This document shows, one piece after another, positions 12,001 through 24,000 of a DNA stretch of 64,000 bases. The DNA comes from Nitrospirota bacterium. Its GTDB lineage: Bacteria > Nitrospirota > Nitrospiria > 2-01-FULL-66-17. The notes beneath the pieces were generated by a model, which saw nothing but the letters and a program-made list of their open reading frames with translations, searched no databases and had not been told where the DNA came from. The DNA is taken from positions 192,001 through 256,000 of the forward strand of contig JBMOMC010000007.1 in assembly GCA_049325335.1 (NCBI GenBank), in the 5' to 3' direction. Every line of letters starts with the position of its first letter. Within the stretch, counting starts at the first letter, position 1. Both the position numbers and the translations under genes were made by a program.

Positions 12001-15000
12001 TACCCTCGTTGACGGTCAGGTCGCCGATCACGGTCAACACCGGCGGCAGTTGGCGGAACGGGCCGTAGACCGCGTACGTCTGCCCCGCGTCCACCCGTCC
12101 GCTTGGGTCCGCCCCGTTCGCGCCGATGAGAATGTCGCTGCCGCTGTCGCAGGCGCGGCCTTTGATGCTCGACCCGCTGGACACCGAGTATCCCGTGGCG
12201 TCCCCGGGCAGAACGCCGTTCATGGTCACGTCGGCTTCGGTCCCCAATTCGACCACGGACGGCAACGGGTTGCGACCGAACACGGCGTAGGCCTGTCCCG
12301 CGTTGGTCCGGGCCGCGGGATCACCCAGCAGGGCCCCGATCACGATGTCATCGATCCCGTCCCCGTCCACGTCGCCTGCGGTATCGAGCGCGTTGGCCTT
12401 GGCCAATTGATCGCCGGGCACGATGCCGTTGATGACCATGTCCGCGGCGCTCGACGCCAAGTCGATGACGCAGGGCGTGGTCTGGCACGCGGTGTACGAG
12501 CCGTTTCCCGTGAACACGTACACCCGTCCCGCGTTCGTACGCCCCGACGGGTCGGCCTGCTGCGCGCCGATCGCCACGTCCGCCAAACCATCGCCGTCCA
12601 CGTCGCCGGAGACCGCCACCGACGAGCCGAACTGATCGCCCGCGGTCGCGCCGTAAATCTTGATGTCGGCCGAGGTCTGAAGGTCGATCACCACCGGAAG
12701 CGTCGGGCGCCCCAAAATCACGAAGGTGGCGCCGGCCGCGGCGCGCGAAAGCGGCGAGAACCCGGACGAGCCGATCACGATGTCGGAGAAATTGTCGCCG
12801 TTGATGTCTCCGCCCGCGGCGATCCGGCCCGCGCCGGGCGCGGCCTGATCGAACTGCGCGTTGCGATACCCGATGATGGTCACGTCCGCGGCCGTCGAAA
12901 GATCGAGCGCGCAGGGGGTGGTGCGGCACGACGCCCACGCGGCGCGACCGAACACCACGTACACGGCGCCGTTGCCCCCGTTGGCCTTGGGCGCGCCGAT
13001 CACCAGGTCATTGATCCCATCGCCGTTGAGGTCGCCCTCCGTGGACACGTACGACCCTGCTTCCCCGCCCAACGACGGCCCGCCGATGATCAGGTCCGCA
13101 TCGTCCGCGGTGACCGGAGACGGATACGACGAGCGGCTGAAGAAGACATACACCCGTCCCTCGTTGCCCGTGTTGGTGGGCGGCGGGTACACGCGGTCCG
13201 CCTGACGCGCGCCGATCACGAGATCCGCGACGCCGTCGCCGTCGAGGTCGCCAGCGTTCGCCGTCGCCGTGCCCAACCGGTCACCGGGGTTCGATCCGGT
13301 AATCACCACATCGGCGGCGGTGGGCTCAAAAATGCTGGGTAAGGTCGAGGACCCGAACACCACCCGGACTTCGCCGCGCGGACAGTCGGTTGCCGTGCCG
13401 AACTCCGCGGGGCACGGGACCGGAGTGCCCGCGTTCTCCGCGCCGATGGCCACGTCTCCGATCGTGTCCGCGTTGATGTCCCCGTCGCTCGCCACCGCGA
13501 ACCCGCTCTGATCCCCGTTGAGCACGCCGTTGAACGTCACATCGGCGTCGCTCCCGAGTTCGATCGTCATGCGGTTGAACGGCACGGCGATGGGGGTGCC
13601 GGTGTCCGCGTTGGCGCCGGGCGTGGTCAGATCGTTCCAGTTCCCGATGGCGTCGCGCGAGTACACCGCGTAGTAGTACGTACCCGCCCGCAGCCCGCCG
13701 TCCGAAAACGCCGCGTTCCGACCGGGCACCGCGGCCGGGTTGTCGTACACCGTGACCCCGTCGAGGTGCGAGGTCGGATACGACCCGCTCCGGCGCTTCA
13801 CGACCACTTGCGTGAGATCGAGATCCGCCGGGTGGGTCCACGTGAGCGTCACGCGCGCAGGCTCGCCGTCGGACGCCACGAAGTTGGTCACCTGCGCCGG
13901 CGGTGTGATATCGGGCAACGGGACCCCCGAAACCGGCGGGGCTGATTGCGCGCTTTCATTATCGCTCGTATCAACCGCGGTGATCCGATAGTAGTACGTC
14001 GCGTTGACGGTCAGGCCTGTGTCGGTGTAGGTCAGGGCCGCCACCGGTGTGGTCGTAACTCGAGTGTACGGTCCCGCGGAGGCCAGCGCGCGGTACACGT
14101 GGTAGCCCGCGATGTCCGGCTCCGGATTCTCCGCCCACGCCAAATCCAGCGCGGTGCCCGCATCATAGGGGTGGTCGGTGACGATTAACCCCGTGGGCGC
14201 GGCGGGCGGCACGTTGTCCAGCGGCGTGCCCGATGTCTCAGTCGACGGTGCGCTTTCGTTCCCGGACTGGTCGAGCGCGCGCACCACGTAGTAGTACGTG
14301 ACGCCTCGGGTCAGGCCGGTGTCGGTGTATGACGTGGTGCCCGCCGGGATCAATGGGCCGTTGACCCGCGTGAACGGCCCGCCGCTGGCTCCGCTGCGAT
14401 ACACCGCGTAACCCGCGAGGTCCGACTCGGTATTGGCGGTCCACGAGACGATCAACGCGTCGCCCTGGTCCGCGGGACGATCCGTCACCGTGACCCCGAC
14501 CGGCGCGGACGGCGGCAGGTTGTCGATCGGCACAGCCTGGGTTTGATTCGAATTAGCGCTTTCGCTCGCCCCGTCGAACGCCCGGACCACGTAGTAGTAC
14601 GTCGTCCCGTTGGTCAACCCGAAGTCGGTGTACCCCGTGGTGGTGTTGTTGAGCAGTACCGCAATGAGGGCATAGGGACCTCCGGAGGACGTTGACCGAT
14701 ACACGTGTTGCTCAATGGTGTCCCCCGACACCGACGGTGTCCACGTCAGCACCAACACCCCGCCCTGATCGCCCGGTTGGTCCGCCGCCAGCGCGTTCGT
14801 GGGCGCAGCGGGCGGCGTGTTGTCCAAGGGGATCCCTGACGCTTCGAGCGACGGCGCGCTGAGGTTCCCGTACACGTCCATCGCGCGCACCACGTAGTAA
14901 TACCGCACGTTGACGGTCAGCGGGCTGTCGGTGTACCTCGACACCGTCAACAACCCGGCCGTGTTGAGCAACGTGTATGGACCGCCGCTCGCGCTCGCGC

Positions 15001-18000
15001 GGTACACGTTGTACCCAGCGAGATCGGGTTCGGGGTTGTTGGTCCAATCCAGGTCAAGGGCCGTGCCCTGGTCGGACGGGTGGTCGGTGACCGCCAACCC
15101 GATCGGAGCCGCAGGCGCAAGATTGTCGATGGGCGCAAGGGTCACTTGGCCGGACGCGGGGCTTTCGTTGCCGTGGATGTCGATCGCGCGCAGCACATAG
15201 AAGTACGACACGCCTGGAGACAGTCCGGTGTCGGTATACGTGGTGGCCGTCAACGGGTTGGTTGTGACGCGGGTATACGGTCCACCCGACACGGTGGCGC
15301 GGTACACATGGTACCCGGCCAGGTCCGATTCGGTATTGGCCGACCACGAGAGGATCAGTCCATCGCCCTGGTCCACGGGTCGGTCGGCGATGATTACTCC
15401 AGTAGGTGGGGCGGGCGCCAGATTATCCAACGCCATGGCCACGGCTTGATTCGAATTGCCGCTCACATTGTTGCGCGTGTCTACGGCGCGGACCACGTAG
15501 AAATGCGTGGTCCCGGTTGCAGCGGTCGAGTCGGTGTATGCGGCGGAGGTGATGGCCGTCGGCGTAATCTGGGTGTACGGCCCGCCGCTGGTGGTTGCCC
15601 GGTACACGTAGTACCCCGCAAGGTCCGGCTCCGTATTCGCGGCCCACGTCAAGTCGATGGCGCCGCCCTGATCCGCCGGGTGGTCAACCGCGGTGAGGTT
15701 GGTCGGCGCATCCGGCGCCAAATTGTCAAGCGGCGTGCCTGCGGCCTGATTGGAGTTGACGCTTTCATTCGCGCTGTCCCATGCGCGCACCACGTAGTAG
15801 TACGCGGTTCCGGGGATCAGGCCGTTGTCGGTGTAGGCCGCTTGGGGATTCCCAGTTAGCGTCGCCACCACCACGTAGGGTCCTCCCGCAGCCGTACCGC
15901 GATAGATGCGTTGTTGCGTCACGTCCGACGAGGTGGACGGAGTCCACGAGAGGTCCAGCGCAGTGCCTTGATCATTCGGGTGATCCACCGCCGCCAGTGC
16001 CGTGGGCGCAACCGGCGCCAGATTATCGAGCGGGACGGCCGTCGCTTGATTCGAGTTGACGGACTCCTGCGCGCCGTCGAACGCACGGACCATGTAGAAG
16101 TATGGCGTTCCCGTGGTCAGACCGGAATCCGTGTGGGTTGTCGCTGCGGCGCCCAGCGTGGCCACAACCGTGTACGGCCCGCCCGACACCGTGGAACGAT
16201 ACACGCGCTGTTGCGTCACGTCCGGTGATTGCGACACGGTCCAGGACAGGTCAATCGCATCGCCTTGGTCTGCCGGGTGATCCATGGCCACCAGCCCGAC
16301 CGGTGCCACGGGCGCCACGTTGTCGAGCGGCACGGCGCTCGCTTGGTTGGACCGTAGGCTCTCGTTCCCGGACACGTCCTGCGCGGTCAAGACGTAGTAA
16401 TACGTGGTGCCGTTGGTCAGGCCGCTGTCGCGGTACGTGGTGCCCGTGATCAAGGCCACGTTCACCCGTGTGTAGGGCCCGCCGTTGACAGTTGACCGGT
16501 AGAGAATGTACCCGGCTACATCGGCTTCGCCGTTCACGTTCCACGACAGATCCAACGACCCGCCTTGGTCGGACGGGGTATCAACCGCGGTCAGGCCGGT
16601 GGGCCCTAGCGGAGGCAGGTTATCGATCGGCACCGCCGACGTCTGGTTGCTGTCTGCGGACTCTTGGGTCGCGTCGAACGCCCGGATGATGTAGTAGTAC
16701 GTCACCCCGTTGGCAAGCCCAAGGTCCGTGTATGCCGTGGTCGTGTTGTCGGCGAACGTCCTGATTACGGCGTAGGGCCCGCCGGACGTGGTGGACCGGT
16801 AGATGCGCTGTTGCACCACATCGATGCTCGTGGACACGGTCCACGCCAGGTTGATGGCAAAGCCCTGATCCAACGGGCGATCAACCGCCACCACACCGGT
16901 GGGCGCGTTCGGCGGAATGTTGTCGATGGGCGTGGCGAATGTTTGGTTGCTGTTCACGCTCTCCTGGGTCCCGTCGTACGCCCGGATGATGTAGTAGTAC
17001 GTGGTGAAGTTCAGCAGCCCCGTATCGGTATATACCGTGGTGGTGTTGTTCGCGATCGTAGCGATCACGGTGTACGGGCCGCCCGAGGTCAGGCTCCGGT
17101 AGATTCGCTGCCCGACCGCGTCCGTGCTGATCGACGGCGTCCACGTCAGATCCAGCGAGAAACCCTGGTCCGCGGGGTGGTCCACGGCCAGCAGCCCAGT
17201 GGGGGCTTCAGGACCGAGGTTATCGATCGGCACCGCGCTCGTCTGCGAACTGTTGGCGCTCTCCTGGGTCGCGTCATACGCCCGGATGATGTAGTAGTAC
17301 GTGGTGAAGTTGGACAGCCCCGTGTCCGTATACGATGAGGTGGTGTTGTCAAAGAACGTCACCACCACGGTGTACGGTCCGCCGCTGGTCGTGCTCCGGT
17401 ACAACCGTTGCTGCGTCACGTCCGTGCTCACCGACGGCGTCCAGGTCAGATCCAGCGAGAAACCCTGGTCCAGCGGATGGTCCACCGCCAGCAACCCGGT
17501 GGGCGCGGTGGGCGGAATGTTATCGATCGGCACCGCGCTGGTCTGCGTGCTGTTGGCGCTCTCCTGGGTCGCGTCATACGCCCGGATCATGTAGTAGTAC
17601 GTGGTGAAGTTCGCCAGCCCCGTGTCCGTGTAACTCGCGGTGGTGTTATTTAAGAACGTCGCGACCACGGTGTACGGGCCGCCGCTGGTCGTGCTCCGGT
17701 ACAACCGCTGTTGCGTCACGTCCGTGCTCACCGACGGCGTCCAGGTCAGATCCAGCGAGAAACCCTGGTCCAGCGGATGGTCCACGGCCAGCAACCCGGT
17801 GGGCGCGGCCGGCGCAATGTTGTCCACCGGCACCTCGCTCGCCTCGTTGCTGTTGACGCTCTCCTGCGTGCCGTCAAACGCGCGCACGATGTAGTAGTAC
17901 CGAGTGAAGTTCAACAACCCGGTGTCGGTCAACGCGGCCGTGGTGTTATTGCCGATGGTCGCAATCACCGTATACGGCCCGCCGGTGGTCGTGCTCCGAT

Positions 18001-21000
18001 ACACGCGTTGTCCCACCGCGTCGATCGCGTTCGACGGGGTCCAGCTGAGATCCAGGGAAAATCCTTGGTCCGCCGGGTGGTCCACCACGACCAGGCTGGT
18101 AGGCGGATTCGGCCCCACGTTATCTAGCGGGACCGCGTTCGCCTCGTTGCTGTTGGCGCTCTCCTGGGTCGCGTCGAACGCCCGGACCATGTAGTAGTAG
18201 GTCGTACCGTTCGTCAGCCCGGTGTCCGTATAGGTCGCGGTGGTGTTGTTCGTGATGGTCGTGATCACGCTGTACGGGCCACCGCTGGTCAGGCTCCGGT
18301 AGATGCGCTGCTGGGTCACGTCGGTGCTCACCGACGGCGTCCACGCCAAATCAATGGCGAACCCTTGGTCAACCGGGTGATCGGCGGCCGTCAACGTGGT
18401 GGGCGTGGCCGGCGCGATGTTGTCGATCGGGATCGCGCTCGCCTGCGCGCTGTTGAGGCTCTCCTGAGTCGCATCGAACGCGCGGATCACGTAGTAGTAC
18501 GTGGTGAAGTTCGCCAGCCCCGTGTCCGTATACGTGCTCGTGGTGTTGTTGGCGATCGTGGTGATCACGGTATACGGCCCGCCGGTGGTCAGGCTGCGGT
18601 AGATCCGCTGCTGCGTCACATCAGTCGATATGGACGGCGTCCAGACCAGATCCAACGCAAAGCCTTGATCCGACGGATGATCGCTCACGCTGAACGCGGC
18701 GGGCGCGTTCGGCGCGATGTTGTCCATAGGCGTTGCGCTCGACTCGTTGCTGTTCGCGCTCTCCTGCGTGGCGTCATACGCCCTGATGATGTAGTAGTAC
18801 GGCGTAAAGTTCGTGAGTCCCGTATCCGTAAACGTCGTGGTTGTGTTGTTCAGGATCGTGGTGACCACGGTATACGGCCCACCAGGGGTCAGGCTCCGGT
18901 AGATGCGCTGCTGCGTGACGTCCGTCGATGCGGACACGGCCCACACCAAGTCGATGGCAAAACCCTGGTCCGCCGGACGATCGGTCGCGGTCAGCGCCGT
19001 GGGCGCGGCGGGCGCCAAGTTGTCGATCGGCGTGGCCGAGGCTTCGTTGCTGTCCGGGCTTTCCTGCGTGCCGTCATACGCACGCACCACGTAGTAGTAG
19101 GCGGTGAAATTGGCCAACCCGGTGTCGGTAAATGTTGCGGTCGTGTTGTTGGCGAACGTGGCCACCACGGTGTACGGCCCGCCCGTGGTGGTGCTCCGAT
19201 ACACGCGCTGCCCAACCGCATCGATCGACGTGGACGGCGTCCAGGCCAGATCCAGCGCGAACCCTTGGTCCGCCGGGTGATCCACCACGGTGAGTGCGGT
19301 CGGCGCCGCGGACGCAATGTTGTCGATCGGGAACGCCCCGGACTGATTGCTGTTGGCGCTCTCCTGGGTCGCGTCAAACGCCCGCACCACGTAGTAGTAC
19401 GTGGTACCGTTGGTCAACCCGGTGTCTGTGTGCGTCGTGGTGGTATTGTTGAGGAACGTGACGATGACCGTATACGGCCCGCCCGACGTGGTCGATCGGT
19501 AGATCCGCTGTTGGGTCACATCCGTGCTCGTGGATGGCGTCCACGCCAGATCCAGCGCAAATCCCTCGTCCAACGGATGGTCCACCGCAGTCAACGCGGT
19601 CGGCGCGGTCGGCGCAATATTGTCGATCGGCGTGGCCGACGCTTGCGTGCTATTGACCGACTCCTGGGTCGCGTCGTAGGCCCGGATCACGTAGTAGTAC
19701 ACCGTGAAGTTCGCCAACCCGGTATCGGTAAAGGTCGTCGTCGTGTTGTTGGCGATCGTCGCGACCACGCTGTACGGCCCGCCCGACGTGGTCGATCGGT
19801 AGATCCGCTGCTGGGTCACATCCGTGCTCGTGGACGGCGTCCACGCCAGATCCAGCGCAAAACCCTGATCCGCCGGGTGATCGACCACGGTCAGCGTCGT
19901 AGGGGCGTTGGGTGCGATGTTGTCCACCGGCGTACTGCTCGCCTCATTGCTGTCCGGGCTCAATTGGGTCCCGTCAAACGCGCGGACCACGTAGTAGTAG
20001 GCGGTGAAATTGGCCAGCCCGGCGTCGGTGTATATCGAGGTGGTATTGTTCGGAATCGTCGCGACCACGGTGTACGGGCCGCCCGTGGTCAGGCTCCGGT
20101 AGATCCGCTGCTGCACCACGTCGATCGAAACCGACGGCGTCCAGGCCAGATCCAGCGCAAAGCCCTGATCCGCCGGGTGATCGACCGCTGTCAGCCCGGT
20201 GGGAGCTGGCGACGCAATGTTGTCGATCGGTGCGGCATTGTCTTCGTTGCTGTTCGCGCTCTCCTGGGTCGCGTCGAAGGCGCGGACCACATAGTAGTAC
20301 GTGGTGTCGTTGGTGAGCCCGGTGTCCGTAAACGCCGCGGTCGTGTTGTTCAGGAACGTCGTGACCACCGTGTACGGCCCGCCCGTGGTTAACGAGCGGT
20401 ACAACCGTTGCTGCGTGACGTCCGTGCTCACCGACGGCGTCCAGGTCAGGTCGATCTCAAAACCCTGATCCGCCGGGTGGTCCACTGCATTCAGGCTGGT
20501 CGGCGCGGCGGGCGCGAGGTTGTCCACCGGCGTCTGGCTCGCCTCATTGCTGTTCGCGCTTTCCTGGGTGGCGTCGAACGCGCGAACCATGTAGTAGTAC
20601 GCGGTGAAGTTGGACAAGCCCGTGTCCGCGTAGGTCGCGGTCGTGTTGTTGAGAACGGTCGCGATCACCGTGTACGGCCCGCCAGCGGTCAGACTCCGGT
20701 AGATCCGCTGCTGCACCACGTCCGTTGAGACTGACGGGGTCCACGCGAGGTCAAGAGCAAATCCCTGATCCGCCGCATGATCCACGGCCGACAGCGTCGT
20801 CGGCGCCGCCGGAAGCAGATTGTCGAGCGGCGCGGCGCTCGCCTGGTTGCTGTTCGCGCTCTCCTGGGTGGCGTCGAACGCCCGGAGGATGTAGTAGTAC
20901 GTGGTGCCGTTGGCCAGCCCCGTGTCCGTGTACGTGGTCGTGGTGTTGTTCCCGATCGTGGCGATGACCGTGTACGGCCCCCCCGACGTGGTTGATCGGT

Positions 21001-24000
21001 AGATCCGTTGCTGCGTGACATCCGTGCTGTTCGACGGCGTCCACGCCAGATCCAGCGCAAAGCCCTGATCCGCCGGGCGGTCCACGACATTCAGCGTCGT
21101 GGGCGCGGTGGGCGCCAGGTTGTCCAGCGGCACGGCGTTCGCTTCGTTGCTGCTCGGGCTTTCCTGCGTGCCGTCGAACGCCCGGACCACGTAGTAGTAC
21201 GTCGTGAAGTTCGAGAGTCCGGTGTCGGTGTACGTACTGGTCGTGTTATTGGCAAAGGTTGCCACCACCGTGTACGGCCCACCGGAGGTCAGACTCCGAT
21301 AGATCCGCTGCCCGACCGCATCGATTGCGGTAGACGGCGTCCACGCCAGATCCAAGACAAAGCCCTGATCCGCCGGATGGTCTACCACCGTCAAGCTGGT
21401 AGGCGCTCCGGCCGGGATGTTGTCCACGGGCACGGCGTTCGCCTCGTTGCTGTTCGCACTCTCCTGGGTCGCGTCGTACGCCCGAATCACGTAGTAATAC
21501 GTCGTGCCGTTGGTCAGACCGGTATCCGTGTAGGTCGTGGTCGTGTTATTGAGGATCGTGGTGATCACCGTGTACGGCCCGCTGGTCAGACTCCGGTAGA
21601 TGCGCTGCTCGGTGACGTCGCTCGAGGCTGACACGCTCCAGAGCAGGTCGATCGCCCCCCCGTTGTCCGCCGGCCGATCGCTCGCCGCCAGCCCCGTCGG
21701 CGCCGCCGGCGCCAGGTTGTCCACCGGCGCGGCCGAGGCCTGATTGCTGTCTGGGGATTCCACACTCCCGTTGAACGCCCGCACCACGTAGTAATACGGC
21801 GTCCCGTTGGTCAGTCCGGTGTTCGTATACGCAGTCGTGGTGTTGTTGGTGAACGTGATCACCACGCTGTACGGCCCGCCAGACGTGGTGCTGCGATAGA
21901 CCCGCTGCTCAGTCACCCCCGCGGAGATCGACGGGGTCCACGCCAAGCTGATCGCGCCGCCTTGATCACCCAGCACGTCCGTCGCACTCAGCCCCGTGGG
22001 CGCCGCCGCCACGGTGTTGTCAAACGGCACGGCCGAGGCCTGGTTCGAATCCGCGGATACAAACGTGCCATCGAACGCCCGCACCACGTAGTAATACGTC
22101 GTCCCGTTGGTCAACCCGGTATCCGCGTAGGTCGTGGTTGTGTTGTTCGCAATCGTGGTGATGACGGTGTATGGTCCCCCGCTCGTGGTGCTCCGATACA
22201 CCCGCTGTTGCGTCACATCGGTAGATGCCGAGACCGTCCAGTTCAGAGTGATGGATCCTCCGGTGTCGCTCGGGGTATCCGCGGCGCTCAGCGCCGTGGG
22301 TGCAGCCGGCGCAACGTTATCGAGGGGCGCAGCAGATGACTCAAGGGAGTTCACCGACTCCTGCGTCCCGTCCCACGCCCGCAGCACGTAGTAATACGGC
22401 GTCCCGTTGGTCAGCCCGGTGTCGGTGTACGTCGTGGTCGTGTTGTTCGCGATCGTGGTGATGACGGAGTACGGCCCGCCCGCCGCCAGTGATCGATACA
22501 CCCGCTGCTCCGTGACGTCCAAGGCGGTCGAGACTGTCCACGCCAGGTTCAACGCGCCGCCGTTGTCGCTCGGCGTATCCACCGTCGTGAGGCCTGTGGG
22601 CGCTGCCGGGGGGGTATCATCCAGCGGTACGGCCGCCATCTGAGCCGACGCCGTGGACTCCACGGTCCCGTCAAACGCGCGGATCACGTAGTAATAGGTG
22701 GTGCCGTTCGTGAGCCCGGTGTCGGTGTAGGTGCTGGTCGTGTTGTTGAGAATGGTCGCGACCACGGTGTACGGCCCGCCGCTGGTGGTGCTGCGGTACA
22801 CGCGCTGTTGGGTCACATCCGGCGCCGTGGACGGTGTCCAGAGCAACGTGACCGCTCCGCCGTTGTCCCCGCCCGCGTCGCCGGCGCTCGGAGCCGTGGG
22901 TGGAGGCGGCGGGGTGTTATCGATCGGAGCTTGAGCCGCCTGATTCGAGTTCGCGGATTCGAGCGTCCCGTCGAACGCCCGCACCACGTAGTAATACGTC
23001 GTGCCGTTGGTCAGGCCCGTATCGGTGTACGTCGTGGTCGTGTTGTTCGCGATGGTGGTGATGACCGCGTACGGCCCTCCGGACACGGTCGACCGATACA
23101 CGCGCTGACTCGTCACATCGCCGGAGATCGACGGGACCCAGGACAAGGCGATGGCCCCTCCCTGGTCACCCGCCACATCGGAGGCGGTAAGGGTCGTGGG
23201 CGCGGCGGGCGCGGTGTTGTCCAACGGAGCCGCGGATGCCTGGCTCGACATCGCCGATTCCTGTGTCCCGTCGTACGCGCGGACCACGTAGTAATAGGTC
23301 GTGCCGTTCGTCAACCCTATATCGGTATACGTGGTGGTCGTGTTGTTCATGATCGTGGTGACCACCGTGTACGGCCCGCCGCTGGTCGTGCCGCGATAGA
23401 CCCGCTGCTGGGTCACGTCGGTGGAGGCCGACACGGTCCAAACCACATCGATCGCGCCGCCGTTGTCGCTCGGTGTGTCCGTCGCGGCGGCGCCCGTGGG
23501 CGCGGCCGGCGCCACGTTGTCCACGGGGGCGAACGAGGCTTGATTGCTGTCTGTCGACTCCTGCGTGCCATCATACGCGCGGATCACGTAGTAGTAGGTC
23601 GTGCCGTTGGTCAACCCCGTGTCCGTGTAGGCGGTCGTGGTGTTGTTTAGGATCGTGGTCACGATTGTGTACGGCCCGCCGCTGGTCGTGCTCCGGTACG
23701 CGCGTTGCTGGGTCACGTCCGGCGCGGTCGAGGCCGTCCACGCCAGGTTCAATGCGCCCCCGTTGTCGCTCGGCGTATCCACCGCGGTGACGCCCGTGGG
23801 CGCGGCCGGCGCCAGGTTGTCCACCGGCGCGAACGAGGCCTGGTTGCTGTTGGGGGATTCCACGGCGACATTGACCGCGCGAACAACGTAGTAATACGTG
23901 GTGCCATTGGTCAGCCCGGTATCGGTATATGCCGATGTGGTGTTGTTCCCAATCGTGGTCACCACGGTGTACGGGCCGCCACTGGTGAGCGACCGATAGA

